Positions 9,194 to 18,121 of a stretch of DNA of 64,000 nucleotides are shown piece after piece (positions within the stretch are counted from its first letter, which is position 1; each line of letters begins with the position of its first letter). The notes below the pieces were generated by a model. The model was given only the letters and a program-made list of their open reading frames with translations. It was not told where the DNA came from and searched no databases. Made by a program: the position numbers and the translations under genes. Source of the stretch: a virus; the IMG/VR virus record IMGVR_UViG_3300049432_000151, positions 21,050 through 85,049 of that record. One strand, given 5' to 3'.

Positions 9194-9523
9194 ATGACTG
9201 AACGAGGAGAGGGCTTCGTCGCGTCGAACCTGGCGAGCATGGCCGCAGAGATCGCTGCTCTCGACGCTGCTCCCGCTCCGCTCGTTGATCAGATCGTGGT
9301 GGACGCATCCGCACAGGGCTCACCCGCCGTCGTGTCGCTTCGGTGCGGTGATGAGGAGTTCGGGTGGCATGAGGTCCCCGGCGGACTTGCCGCCGTCTTC
9401 CAGCACGTGATGACACTCACCCATGAGTACGGCACGCGAATTGTCGAGGTCCACGGGAAGCATGAAGCCGTTGATCGATGGCTCGTACAACCCCTGAAGG
9501 ACTACGGCCACGCTGTTCGGTAG
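9194..9523 (+). CDS. Hypothetical protein resembling a degenerate terminase RNase H-like nuclease domain
   Basis: IVVDASAQGSPAVVSLRCG...EYGTRIVEVHG...LKDYGHAV pattern, judged by eye. Confidence 0.45.
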   Translation: MTERGEGFVASNLASMAAEIAALDAAPAPLVDQIVVDASAQGSPAVVSLRCGDEEFGWHEVPGGLAAVFQHVMTLTHEYGTRIVEVHGKHEAVDRWLVQPLKDYGHAVR

Positions 9524-9634
9524 CGCTGATTGTCGAACGGCCAAAGTCCAGTACCGAACGTGCGTCACTGACGGTCTTCACTCCGCCGACCTATGCGAAC
9601 AGAGTAGGACGATTACAGTCACGAAATCAGGCGA

Positions 9635-10687
9635 CTACCCTGCAACGCCGGAGAGCACGGCCTTCACCGTGGTTGCCGGCACATCCATTTGGAAGCTCTT
9701 GGACGATTGCCTGAGGATTGGACCGATAGGTTCACTGAAATCGCCGAGGTACGTATTCGCAGCGTCGAAAACACTAAAGTAGACACTGATGCTCAACTCT
9801 TTATCGGAAGCGTTGAAAGCTGATCCAACGATAGATGTTCTGCTTCCAGACTTAACGACACGCCACCCGGATATGCTCCAACGTTTATCGGCACCGCTGA
9901 AATCACCGCCGACGGGAGTCGCAAACTCGGCGCTGAAAGCCTTCTGAACTTCGCCGACCTCCTTAATACGTTGTTCGAGACGACGTCGCTCTTCATGAGG
10001 CAACCCGCTAGTTTGGCTCTTTGCGTACAACGCCGAAAAGAGTAGGGAAACGAGGTTACGATCGGCGTTCGTAGCGACCGCCCCCTCGAGTAGGACTATC
10101 GCTTCATCCCATCGTTGCGTGCTCGTCAGCGAATCTGCGAGTGCGGCAACGCGCTGGGGATCATTTGGCAGTTCCTTTAGCAGCGCACGGCGAACATTGA
10201 TCGCCGACTGCCAATCGGATGAGGCTTCGAAGTACCACGCCATCAGGTTTCTGGCTCGCACATCACGTGGATCACGAATGAGTACGTCGCGCAAGAGACG
10301 GCGAGCCTTCTCGCGCTGCTCCGGCGTGGCCGTTCGCGGCAATCGCGTAGGCGCTGATTCAGGGACTCTCACAACTGCAGGACCAAGACTAGTACCCGCG
10401 AGCAAGTCCCAAGCAGCGTCTAGGTCGCGTTCTGCCTCTAGCTGTGTCGTGCGCTCCGACGTGCGAGCCGTGGTGAGGTAGTTCGATACAACAATGACGC
10501 TATTAGTCACGCCGATAGTCAGACCCAATGCGGCAATCACTAACGTGACGCGATCCTTTGTTGCCATCCGGTCGGCCGCCGTAGGCGCCCGGGCTCCCTT
10601 GGGCGCTGGCGCGTTTGAGGCGTCGTCAGTTGAGGTTTCTGATTTAGTGGTGATGTCGCTCTCGGACATTTGCCCTACTCCCTGCAC
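9635..10687 (-). CDS. Membrane-anchored TPR protein with C-terminal FxLYD-like beta domain (moron)
   Basis: One TM segment, TPR-like helices (DPRDVRARNLMAWY..., PNDPQRVAALAD...), C-terminal IVGSAFN...VYFSVFDAANTYLG. Visibly lower GC. Confidence 0.65.
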   Translation of the reverse strand: MQGVGQMSESDITTKSETSTDDASNAPAPKGARAPTAADRMATKDRVTLVIAALGLTIGVTNSVIVVSNYLTTARTSERTTQLEAERDLDAAWDLLAGTSLGPAVVRVPESAPTRLPRTATPEQREKARRLLRDVLIRDPRDVRARNLMAWYFEASSDWQSAINVRRALLKELPNDPQRVAALADSLTSTQRWDEAIVLLEGAVATNADRNLVSLLFSALYAKSQTSGLPHEERRRLEQRIKEVGEVQKAFSAEFATPVGGDFSGADKRWSISGWRVVKSGSRTSIVGSAFNASDKELSISVYFSVFDAANTYLGDFSEPIGPILRQSSKSFQMDVPATTVKAVLSGVAG

Positions 10688-10835
10688 CGCGGTGCTACGC
10701 GTGTTGCCGGCTGTCTCTCTGACGACTAATGATTCCCATCGGTGAGGCCTCCACCGGCAAACATGCGCATTCCACAGGTAGTGAACTGGTTTTCTGAATT
10801 TGTGGCGTGCGGATTCACGTTCCGTCCGTAAGCAT

Positions 10836-11465
10836 ATGCTTCCCTACGTCCAGTCGTACAACGACCCGAAGATCGAGAAGGCGTATCACCGCTACCTGAA
10901 GGGTGACTCTCAGCGGGCCATCGCCAAGGCGCTGAACATCCCGCCGCGGACGGTCGCTCGGTACTGCAAGAAGGACGGCTGGCAATCGGAGCGTGAAGCC
11001 CGTCACGTGGCAGCAGAGGCCCCAAACGTGGCAGCAGTGGCAGCAACCGTCCAGACGCCTGCTGCCACCGAGGGACCTGTTCCGGAGAGTCGGATGGTCG
11101 GCATGGAGCGGATGCTCGGCGCACAGCAGCAGCTCACCGGGCTACTCGTCGAGGCGTTCAAGAAGGACGTCGAGAAGACGATCGCCGACGCGGCCACTGT
11201 CGGCAAGCCGATGAGCCGGTCGCAAATCGCGCAGCTCACGTCGCTCGGCAACAACCTGCTAACGATGCAGCGCAAGGCGTGGTGTGTACCGGACAAGATC
11301 GAGACGAAGGACACCACGCCAACCGCGCCTGATCGCGTGCGCACCCTGAAGGATGACGAACTCCAGAACCGCCTCACCGAGGCCCGTCGAGCTCGAGAAG
11401 AGGCCGATCGAAGAAGAGGAGCTGCTGCTCCTCGAGGAGGATCTGCGACGCCGAGCGTCAACTAG
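10836..11465 (+). CDS. terS: Terminase small subunit (N-terminal HTH)
   Basis: AYHRYLKGDSQRAIAKALNIPPRTVARYCKKDGW HTH; directly upstream of TerL. Confidence 0.7.
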   Translation: MLPYVQSYNDPKIEKAYHRYLKGDSQRAIAKALNIPPRTVARYCKKDGWQSEREARHVAAEAPNVAAVAATVQTPAATEGPVPESRMVGMERMLGAQQQLTGLLVEAFKKDVEKTIADAATVGKPMSRSQIAQLTSLGNNLLTMQRKAWCVPDKIETKDTTPTAPDRVRTLKDDELQNRLTEARRAREEADRRRGAAAPRGGSATPSVN

Positions 11466-12909
11466 CCTGCACGAGTTCGTTGCGCAGGCGTGGCACGTCG
11501 TCGAGCCCGCAGTACCGTTCAAAGACAACTGGCACGTCGGCGCGATCTGCGAGCACCTCGAGGCCATCTACCGGGGCGAGATCCTGCGGCTGCTCATCAA
11601 CGTTCCATTCCGCACGGCGAAGTCCACGATTGTCAGCGTCATGTCACCGGCGTGGCAGTGGATTCATCGGCCGGCTCACAAGTTCCTCTGCGGGTCGTAC
11701 GCGGCGAAGCTGGCGATCCGCGACAACCTCAAGATGCGGCGGCTGATCCAGTCGCCGTGGTACCAGGAGCGCTGGGGCCGCGGCTTCAACCTCGTCGACA
11801 ACAGCGACTGGGGCGACCCTGACGGCTTCAAGCTCACGGACGACCAGAACCAGAAGGTCCGGTTCGAGAACGACCGCACCGGATACCGCATCGCGTTCGG
11901 GTTCGACGGCGGCGTGATGGGCGATGGCGGCAACACCGTCATCATCGACGACCCTCACGATCGCAACCAGGCACACTCCGAGAAAGAGCGCGACAGGCAT
12001 CTCACCACGTTCGACGAGGCGGTTACGACTCGTCTCAATGACCCAACGCGAGATTCGATCGTGATCATCATGCAGCGACTGCATGAGAGCGATCTCTCAG
12101 GTCATGTGCTCGCGAAGGGCGGCTACGAACACGTCCTGATCCCGATGCACTACGACCCGAAGCGGTCGCGTGTGACGGTAACCGGGTGGGAAGATCCGCG
12201 CACGGAAGAGGGCCAGTTGATGCACCCCGATCGGTTCCCTGAGCCGGTCGTCGCGCAGATCGAAAAGGACATCGGCCCGTACGCGGCGGCCGGGCAGCTC
12301 GAGCAGCGACCCGCGCCATCGGAAGGCGGCATCCTCAAAAAGCAATGGTGGCGGTTCTACAACGACGACGAGCTGCCGGAGACGTTCGATCGCGAGTGCC
12401 AGATGTGGGATCTCGCGTTCAAGAAGACAAAGACGTCGAACTTCATCGCTGGCCAGGCGTGGGGCAAGAAGGGAGCGAACTGCTACCTGAAGCCCGACGA
12501 GGTCTACGCGCGGCTCGACTTCCCCGAAACGATCAAAGCAATGAAGGCGTTCTCGGTCCGGTATCCGCGCGGAGCTAAGCTGGTCGAGGACAAGGCCAAC
12601 GGGCCCGCGGCGATCTCGACGCTGAAAAATGACATCGCGGGCCTCATGCCCGTGGGCGAGGACGGCGGAGCCGAGGGCGTTGCGCATTCAGTCGCTCCAT
12701 ACATAGCCGCTGGCAACGTCTTCCTGCCGAACCCATACGACCGCCAGGGCAATCAGCGGCCTGACCGCGCTTGGGTATTGAGGCTCATCGCAAACGCGGC
12801 AACGTTTCCGAACGGGTCCATTCCGGCCGGGTCGCACGGTGACGACATCGTCGCGATGGTTTACGCAATTCACTACCTGATGCACCGACCGAAGGCGAGG
12901 GTGATCTGA
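11353..12909 (+). CDS. terL: Terminase large subunit
   Basis: LLINVPFRTAKS (Walker A variant), VIIDDPH (Walker B), IMQRLHESDL, nuclease motifs WDLAFK, LVEDKANG, HGDDIV. Confidence 0.95.
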   Translation: MTNSRTASPRPVELEKRPIEEEELLLLEEDLRRRASTSLHEFVAQAWHVVEPAVPFKDNWHVGAICEHLEAIYRGEILRLLINVPFRTAKSTIVSVMSPAWQWIHRPAHKFLCGSYAAKLAIRDNLKMRRLIQSPWYQERWGRGFNLVDNSDWGDPDGFKLTDDQNQKVRFENDRTGYRIAFGFDGGVMGDGGNTVIIDDPHDRNQAHSEKERDRHLTTFDEAVTTRLNDPTRDSIVIIMQRLHESDLSGHVLAKGGYEHVLIPMHYDPKRSRVTVTGWEDPRTEEGQLMHPDRFPEPVVAQIEKDIGPYAAAGQLEQRPAPSEGGILKKQWWRFYNDDELPETFDRECQMWDLAFKKTKTSNFIAGQAWGKKGANCYLKPDEVYARLDFPETIKAMKAFSVRYPRGAKLVEDKANGPAAISTLKNDIAGLMPVGEDGGAEGVAHSVAPYIAAGNVFLPNPYDRQGNQRPDRAWVLRLIANAATFPNGSIPAGSHGDDIVAMVYAIHYLMHRPKARVI

Positions 12910-13193
12910 TGCTCATGACGATCATTACGATTTTCGTCGTCACGCAGCTCGCGATCGCCGCCGTTGTGCTGCCGATCGCCTACATCCGGCGCCACGTTTA
13001 CCGCCGAAAGATGCTGTCGTTCTGCATGCGCGACTCGAATGGCGAGATCTACATCGTTGATCCGCAGACCGGCACGGCCCACAACTTCTCCAAGCTGCTC
13101 ACGGAACGGATGACGCCGTACAAACCGCGTTCTCCTCGGCAATCGAAGCGAGCACGCAGTCGCTTCCGTCGCCATCTCGCCGGGGCGCAATAG
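12909..13193 (+). CDS. Small membrane-anchored hypothetical protein
   Basis: TGATG coupling to terL; N-terminal TM segment, basic tail. Confidence 0.55.
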   Translation: MLMTIITIFVVTQLAIAAVVLPIAYIRRHVYRRKMLSFCMRDSNGEIYIVDPQTGTAHNFSKLLTERMTPYKPRSPRQSKRARSRFRRHLAGAQ

Positions 13194-13196
13194 CGG

Positions 13197-15635
13197 ATGA
13201 GGAACTTTCTTTCACTCCGCGGAGCCGGCGTTCTGCCTGGTATTCCGCGCAGTGACTCGTCTCCTCTCGCCGGCTTGCCCGTCCTGTTTCCGAACGGCAC
13301 TCAGTCGCGTGACGGTGCTGTGTTCACTCGCGACCAGCCACCCGGAACGCAGCGACGCACGCACGACGAGATCGCATGGGAGGCGGTCAACCGTCTCTTC
13401 AGCTCGTCGCAGATGACGGGAACGTACGCGCCGAAGGAGGCATACGCGCTGTCGCCATGGATGGCGCCGGCGATCAACGCATTCGCAGGGACCGTGGCAG
13501 CTCGGACCTTCCGCGTCATGGAGCGGAAGAAGGTGCTCGACGAGCACTGGCTCCTCGACCTGATCGCACGCCCCAACAGGATGCTCCGCACGAGCGAATA
13601 CGCGCTGCTGTACTACACCGCCGCGCTGTGGCGCTACGACGGCGAAGTGTTCTGGGAGCTTGAGTACGGCAGTGACCCAAAGAAGAAGCCGGGTGACCGC
13701 CGAAGCGTCAAGGCGCAACCCACAGCGATCTGGCTCTGGCACCGCGGCTGCGTGACGCCGGCGCTCGACTCGCGGACCCGCGAGTTCCTCGGATGGGAGA
13801 TCAATTTCGAAGGCGCTCGGAAGTTCGTTGATCGCCTCGACATGCTGCACCTCCCGCAGTTCGACCCAACGAAATTCAATCCGCTCGGCCCATCGCGCGG
13901 CACGTCGATCTGGCAGGCGAAGCGTCTCGCGATGACAAACGAGATCCGCGCGCAGCGTTGGAATACCGAATGGTGGAGTCGCGGTATCGCGCCGTCAGTC
14001 GCGTTCGTGAACAAAGATGGCAACGCCGTCGGCGACTCGCCGGAAGCGGAAGAGCAGTTCTTGGCCAAAGTGAAAGCGAAGGTCGCCGGAAAGAACGGCG
14101 AGCCGATGCTATTCCTCGGTGACTGGGTCATCCAGCAGCTCGAGGCCTCGCAGCGCGACGCTCAGTTCATCGAGGGCATGGACCAGAACCGTAAGGCGAT
14201 CCTAGCCGGCAACACGCCGCCGATTGCGATGGGTGACAACGAAGCAAACTACGCGAACGCCAATGCGCAGATCAAGGCGTGGCTGTCGTTCGACGTCATT
14301 CCTGCTCTTTCGTTCTTCGCATCGTGCATCGACGTCACGTTCATTTACGACGAGCCGCGGATCTGGACGGACTTCTCGACCGACGACATCGATGAGCTGC
14401 AGGAGGGCAAGGCAGCCCGTGTCGAACGGTATGTGAGCCTCATCCAGGCGCGTCACTCGCCGAAAGTCGCGGCACAGATCGCCGGCATCGACGTTGACCC
14501 GAGCATGCCCGGCTACGACCAGGTGTTCCTCTCGTTCTCGCAAATCCCGTACGAGTACGCCGTCGAAGGCCAGAGCGTCAGCGTGTCAAAGGATGACGAC
14601 CCAATGGGCGCCGACGCCGTACCAGCACAACAGGCCGCGGCTCGACCGAAACCCGTCGGGCAGGCAGCCGCAGACGAACCGACACCGCCAGCGGCCGCCG
14701 CCAAGAACGTCGAGCCAGCGCAGCGGACCCTCCGCATCGCGGTGCCGACCGATCCAACTCCGACACGAATTGTGAAGCCTATGTCATCCCGAGCCGCAGA
14801 CAGGGCTGACGACAAGATTCTCCGCGTCATTCTCGAGATCGTCGGCAAGGACACGAAGAAGCTCCGAGACAAGTCGCGTACATACCAGCTCCGCGCGTTC
14901 CAGGTCGGAACGGAGCAGGTCGGGAACGCTCTCGGTTTGGAGAAGTTCCTGCCGATCGACAACCCGCGTGTGATCGCGTTCCTTGAGGAGCGCGGCAACC
15001 TCATAACGTCGGTCCCGGAAGGCGTGGCGAACCGCATCTTCGCGAAGACGACAGGCCTGATTGAGAAGGGCACTACGCCGGAAGACATCGGGACCATCAT
15101 CCGCAAAGACTTCAACGTCCTCTCCGACTTCAAGGCGAGGCAGATCGGCCGGCAGGAAGTCGGCTCAGCGCTCAACGGCGGCCGTCACCTGCAGATGGTC
15201 GAAGAGGGCGTCGACGGTCGCGAGTGGCTATCGTCGAAAGACGCGCGCGTCCGGGACTCTCATGTCAGCGTCGACGGTGAAGTTGTCGAGGGCGTCGACG
15301 CGAAGTACTCGAACGGATTGCGCTACCCGCAGGATCCGGAAGGCGACGCATCAGAGACGATCAACTGCCGATGCATTGAACTGCCTGCTGTCGGCGGCGG
15401 GCAGCGCGCAGCTCGTTGCGCCGCACACCTGCGCGCGATCGGCGCGCTGGCCATTCGTGAGGCTGCAGCACAGAACGAAACGATCGACGAGCGCGCCGGG
15501 TACTGGCGTGCAGTCGTGCTGGCGAAGGATGTTCGGGCGATCGAGCGGCAGATGGCCAGTGCCATCAGCTCGGTCATCAACGGCTGGCGCGCGCCGATTC
15601 TGAAGGCGCTCGCTGAACTCGGCGTCGCGAAGTAG
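13197..15635 (+). CDS. Phage portal protein fused to MuF/SPP1 gp7 head morphogenesis domain
   Basis: HK97-like portal N-terminus (LIARPN...LWRYDGEVFW...ANYANA), Pro/Ala linker, then REWLSSKDARVRDSH...YPQDP...INCRC (MuF). Confidence 0.85.
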   Translation: MRNFLSLRGAGVLPGIPRSDSSPLAGLPVLFPNGTQSRDGAVFTRDQPPGTQRRTHDEIAWEAVNRLFSSSQMTGTYAPKEAYALSPWMAPAINAFAGTVAARTFRVMERKKVLDEHWLLDLIARPNRMLRTSEYALLYYTAALWRYDGEVFWELEYGSDPKKKPGDRRSVKAQPTAIWLWHRGCVTPALDSRTREFLGWEINFEGARKFVDRLDMLHLPQFDPTKFNPLGPSRGTSIWQAKRLAMTNEIRAQRWNTEWWSRGIAPSVAFVNKDGNAVGDSPEAEEQFLAKVKAKVAGKNGEPMLFLGDWVIQQLEASQRDAQFIEGMDQNRKAILAGNTPPIAMGDNEANYANANAQIKAWLSFDVIPALSFFASCIDVTFIYDEPRIWTDFSTDDIDELQEGKAARVERYVSLIQARHSPKVAAQIAGIDVDPSMPGYDQVFLSFSQIPYEYAVEGQSVSVSKDDDPMGADAVPAQQAAARPKPVGQAAADEPTPPAAAAKNVEPAQRTLRIAVPTDPTPTRIVKPMSSRAADRADDKILRVILEIVGKDTKKLRDKSRTYQLRAFQVGTEQVGNALGLEKFLPIDNPRVIAFLEERGNLITSVPEGVANRIFAKTTGLIEKGTTPEDIGTIIRKDFNVLSDFKARQIGRQEVGSALNGGRHLQMVEEGVDGREWLSSKDARVRDSHVSVDGEVVEGVDAKYSNGLRYPQDPEGDASETINCRCIELPAVGGGQRAARCAAHLRAIGALAIREAAAQNETIDERAGYWRAVVLAKDVRAIERQMASAISSVINGWRAPILKALAELGVAK

Positions 15636-15663
15636 CGCGCTTCCACGACGAAGGAGAACGAAC

Positions 15664-18024
15664 ATGCCGGACATCATCACGCCGTTCGAGATCGCGCGGC
15701 ACCCACTCCGCGGCACGAAAGAGATCAGCTCTGAACGGATCGTGCTCGTCGCCGCCGAGATGCGCGCGGCCGATGGCGCGAGCGACGAGCGGCCGATCGT
15801 CGAGATCACTTCGACGTCGACCGGTGAGGATCGCCACGGCTCGACGATCATCGAGTGGGACGACGCCACGTTCATGCGCACCGGTCACGTGTTGTGGGCG
15901 CACGACATCGTTCCGGCATACCCGTTCGTGGGCAAGAAGCTGTCGTCTCGGAAGGTGGGAAACAAGTCGGTCTCCGAGGTCGAGCTGCTCGTCAACCTGT
16001 GGCGCCACATGAACTGCAATCTCGCCGCGTTCCTCTGGGAGGCGTACCGCGATCACGGGATGGGCGCCATGTCCCGGGCGTTCATTCCTAAGGTGTGGAA
16101 GAACCGGACAGCGACCACGATCCCGACCGAGCTCGCGGAGAACATCGAGTACCTGAAGGTCGAGCAGACCGAAGAGAGCTTCGTCAACGTGCCTTCGAAC
16201 CGCGACTCTTTGGCACGCGCCATCGAACGTAAGCGCACTGCCGGCACATTCAACGACCAGCTCGCCCGGATGCTCGGATACGAGTTCACGCCGATCATCC
16301 TCCGAACTGAAAAGGAACCGTCAATGCCGACACGTACCCTCGAGTCTTTCCGATCCGATCTCGCGGGAGTTCTCACCCGCTGTGGATGTGAGCCGTACCG
16401 CGAGCCGAAACCCGAATCGCTGACGGACGAAGAGAAGACCACAGAGCTCGCGCTAATGACGGAGATGGCGGTCGCGATCCTCGCCACCATGGATGTCGCG
16501 CTGCGCGGCTGGAAGGCGACCCTCGAGAACTTTCAAAGGAACATCTACACGAACGTGGTCGTCGACGCGATGTATCGCATCGAGGGCCTGATCTGGCGCG
16601 CGAAGGAATGGTACGGGGCAGACCTCGTTCTCGCGATTCCGGAGCTCAGTGCCGACGATATGGAGAGGATTGCTTCCGCGGCGCCTGGCGCTGCAACTCG
16701 AGGTATCCGCTACGTCCAGCGCACGGTTCTGCCGACGACCGAGCGAGCTGCAACGCGCGCGAAGGTGACGGAACTCCTCCGCTGCTGCGGCTGCGGTCCT
16801 TACGAGGAACCGAAGCCCACGCTTCCGTCAGACGACGCGACGCGCGCTGCCGAAGTGACGATCCTCCGTGAACTCGCAGATCTCGCGATGCAATTGGCGG
16901 AAGCAGGCATGAGAGGCTGGAAGGGCGCCGAGACGGAGCAGTTGCGCGGCATGTCGTCGAGCCGCGTTTACGACGGCATGTGGCTCTTCGACTGGTGCGC
17001 CCGCTCACTGAGTGAGTGGTACGGCGAAGAGATTGACGCGATGCCTACCGTCGATCTCGTCGAGGTGGAGCGCGCATTGAAGGGCAGCGTGGCTGGGATC
17101 CGCGCCGGCGCCGTATTCGCGAAGAAGAACCTCGAGAAGATCGACCAGGTCATCGAGATCATGACCGAGCTCCGTGCGGCCGCGAACAAGCCGACCGCGG
17201 ACGACATCCCGGCGGAGGAGCGCAAGCGTCAGGCTCGAGCTGTTCAGTTCATCCGAATGGCCGGGCCGTTTGAGTTCGCGTCAACGCAGGTGAATCTTGA
17301 AGGCGAGGCGGCCGAGAAGATCCTCGCCCTGGCCGCGACGATTCCTGATGACGCGCTTGCAGAGAAGGGTCGCGAGACCGAACCGCACGTGACGGTGAAG
17401 TTCGGGATAGATCCAGAAGTCGGCGCGGTGTCGCTCGCCGAGACAATCGAAAACTCCGACTCCGCGAAGGAGATGGCAGAGCGCGGCGCAACGATGACAC
17501 TCGGTGCGACCGCAATCTTCGAAGCTGACGAATATGACGTCGTCTTTGTCACGGTCGACTCCCCCGACCTCCTCCTGCTGAACAAGATCATCTCCGAAGA
17601 CGTGCCGGTCACGGACACGCATCCTGAGTACATCCCGCACGTGACGCTCGCCTATGTGAAGAAGGGCGAGGGTCAGAAGTTCGCCGGCGACGAGACTCTC
17701 GCCGGCACGATCGTCACGTTCGACGCGATCACCTACTCCGACGTCGACGGGAACACTACGGACATTCAGTTCGCCGCCGAAGCTGCCCGAGCCGAAACGG
17801 AGACCGGTGAACGCAGCGGCATCCGGATCAACGGCGTGCCGATCGAACAGATCGCCGGCGTGACCTCATTCATCAGAATCAAAGACACCGGCAGCGTGGC
17901 GCGCGAGCACGTCACGACCAGCCAACCCATTCGTGTGCTCGCACCGGACGCTTCGCGAGATCGCCGCGAGGAGAGTCCCGCCACCGGGCGATCAGGTCTT
18001 TACGTGAAGCTGCTCAGCGACTGA
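15664..18024 (+). CDS. HK97-type prohead protease fused to a duplicated helical domain and a C-terminal 2H phosphoesterase (Acb1-like)
   Basis: Protease motifs EDRHG, LWAHD, AMSRAF, EESFVNVPSN. Two HxT motifs (EPHVTVKF, IPHVTLAY) in ~17270-17775. Confidence 0.85.
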   Translation: MPDIITPFEIARHPLRGTKEISSERIVLVAAEMRAADGASDERPIVEITSTSTGEDRHGSTIIEWDDATFMRTGHVLWAHDIVPAYPFVGKKLSSRKVGNKSVSEVELLVNLWRHMNCNLAAFLWEAYRDHGMGAMSRAFIPKVWKNRTATTIPTELAENIEYLKVEQTEESFVNVPSNRDSLARAIERKRTAGTFNDQLARMLGYEFTPIILRTEKEPSMPTRTLESFRSDLAGVLTRCGCEPYREPKPESLTDEEKTTELALMTEMAVAILATMDVALRGWKATLENFQRNIYTNVVVDAMYRIEGLIWRAKEWYGADLVLAIPELSADDMERIASAAPGAATRGIRYVQRTVLPTTERAATRAKVTELLRCCGCGPYEEPKPTLPSDDATRAAEVTILRELADLAMQLAEAGMRGWKGAETEQLRGMSSSRVYDGMWLFDWCARSLSEWYGEEIDAMPTVDLVEVERALKGSVAGIRAGAVFAKKNLEKIDQVIEIMTELRAAANKPTADDIPAEERKRQARAVQFIRMAGPFEFASTQVNLEGEAAEKILALAATIPDDALAEKGRETEPHVTVKFGIDPEVGAVSLAETIENSDSAKEMAERGATMTLGATAIFEADEYDVVFVTVDSPDLLLLNKIISEDVPVTDTHPEYIPHVTLAYVKKGEGQKFAGDETLAGTIVTFDAITYSDVDGNTTDIQFAAEAARAETETGERSGIRINGVPIEQIAGVTSFIRIKDTGSVAREHVTTSQPIRVLAPDASRDRREESPATGRSGLYVKLLSD

Positions 18025-18080
18025 GACGTCGGGAGCTAACGCAGCCGCAACCGTTCCACTCATTCACCCTTCAACCGCAC

Positions 18081-18110
18081 GAGGCCGCCGCGAGGCGGTC
18101 TTTGTCTTTT
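18081..18110 (+). terminator. Terminator-like hairpin upstream of the capsid gene
   Basis: GAGGCCGCC-GCGA-GGCGGTC-TTTGTCTTTT. Confidence 0.45.
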
Positions 18111-18121
18111 CAGGAGAAAAG

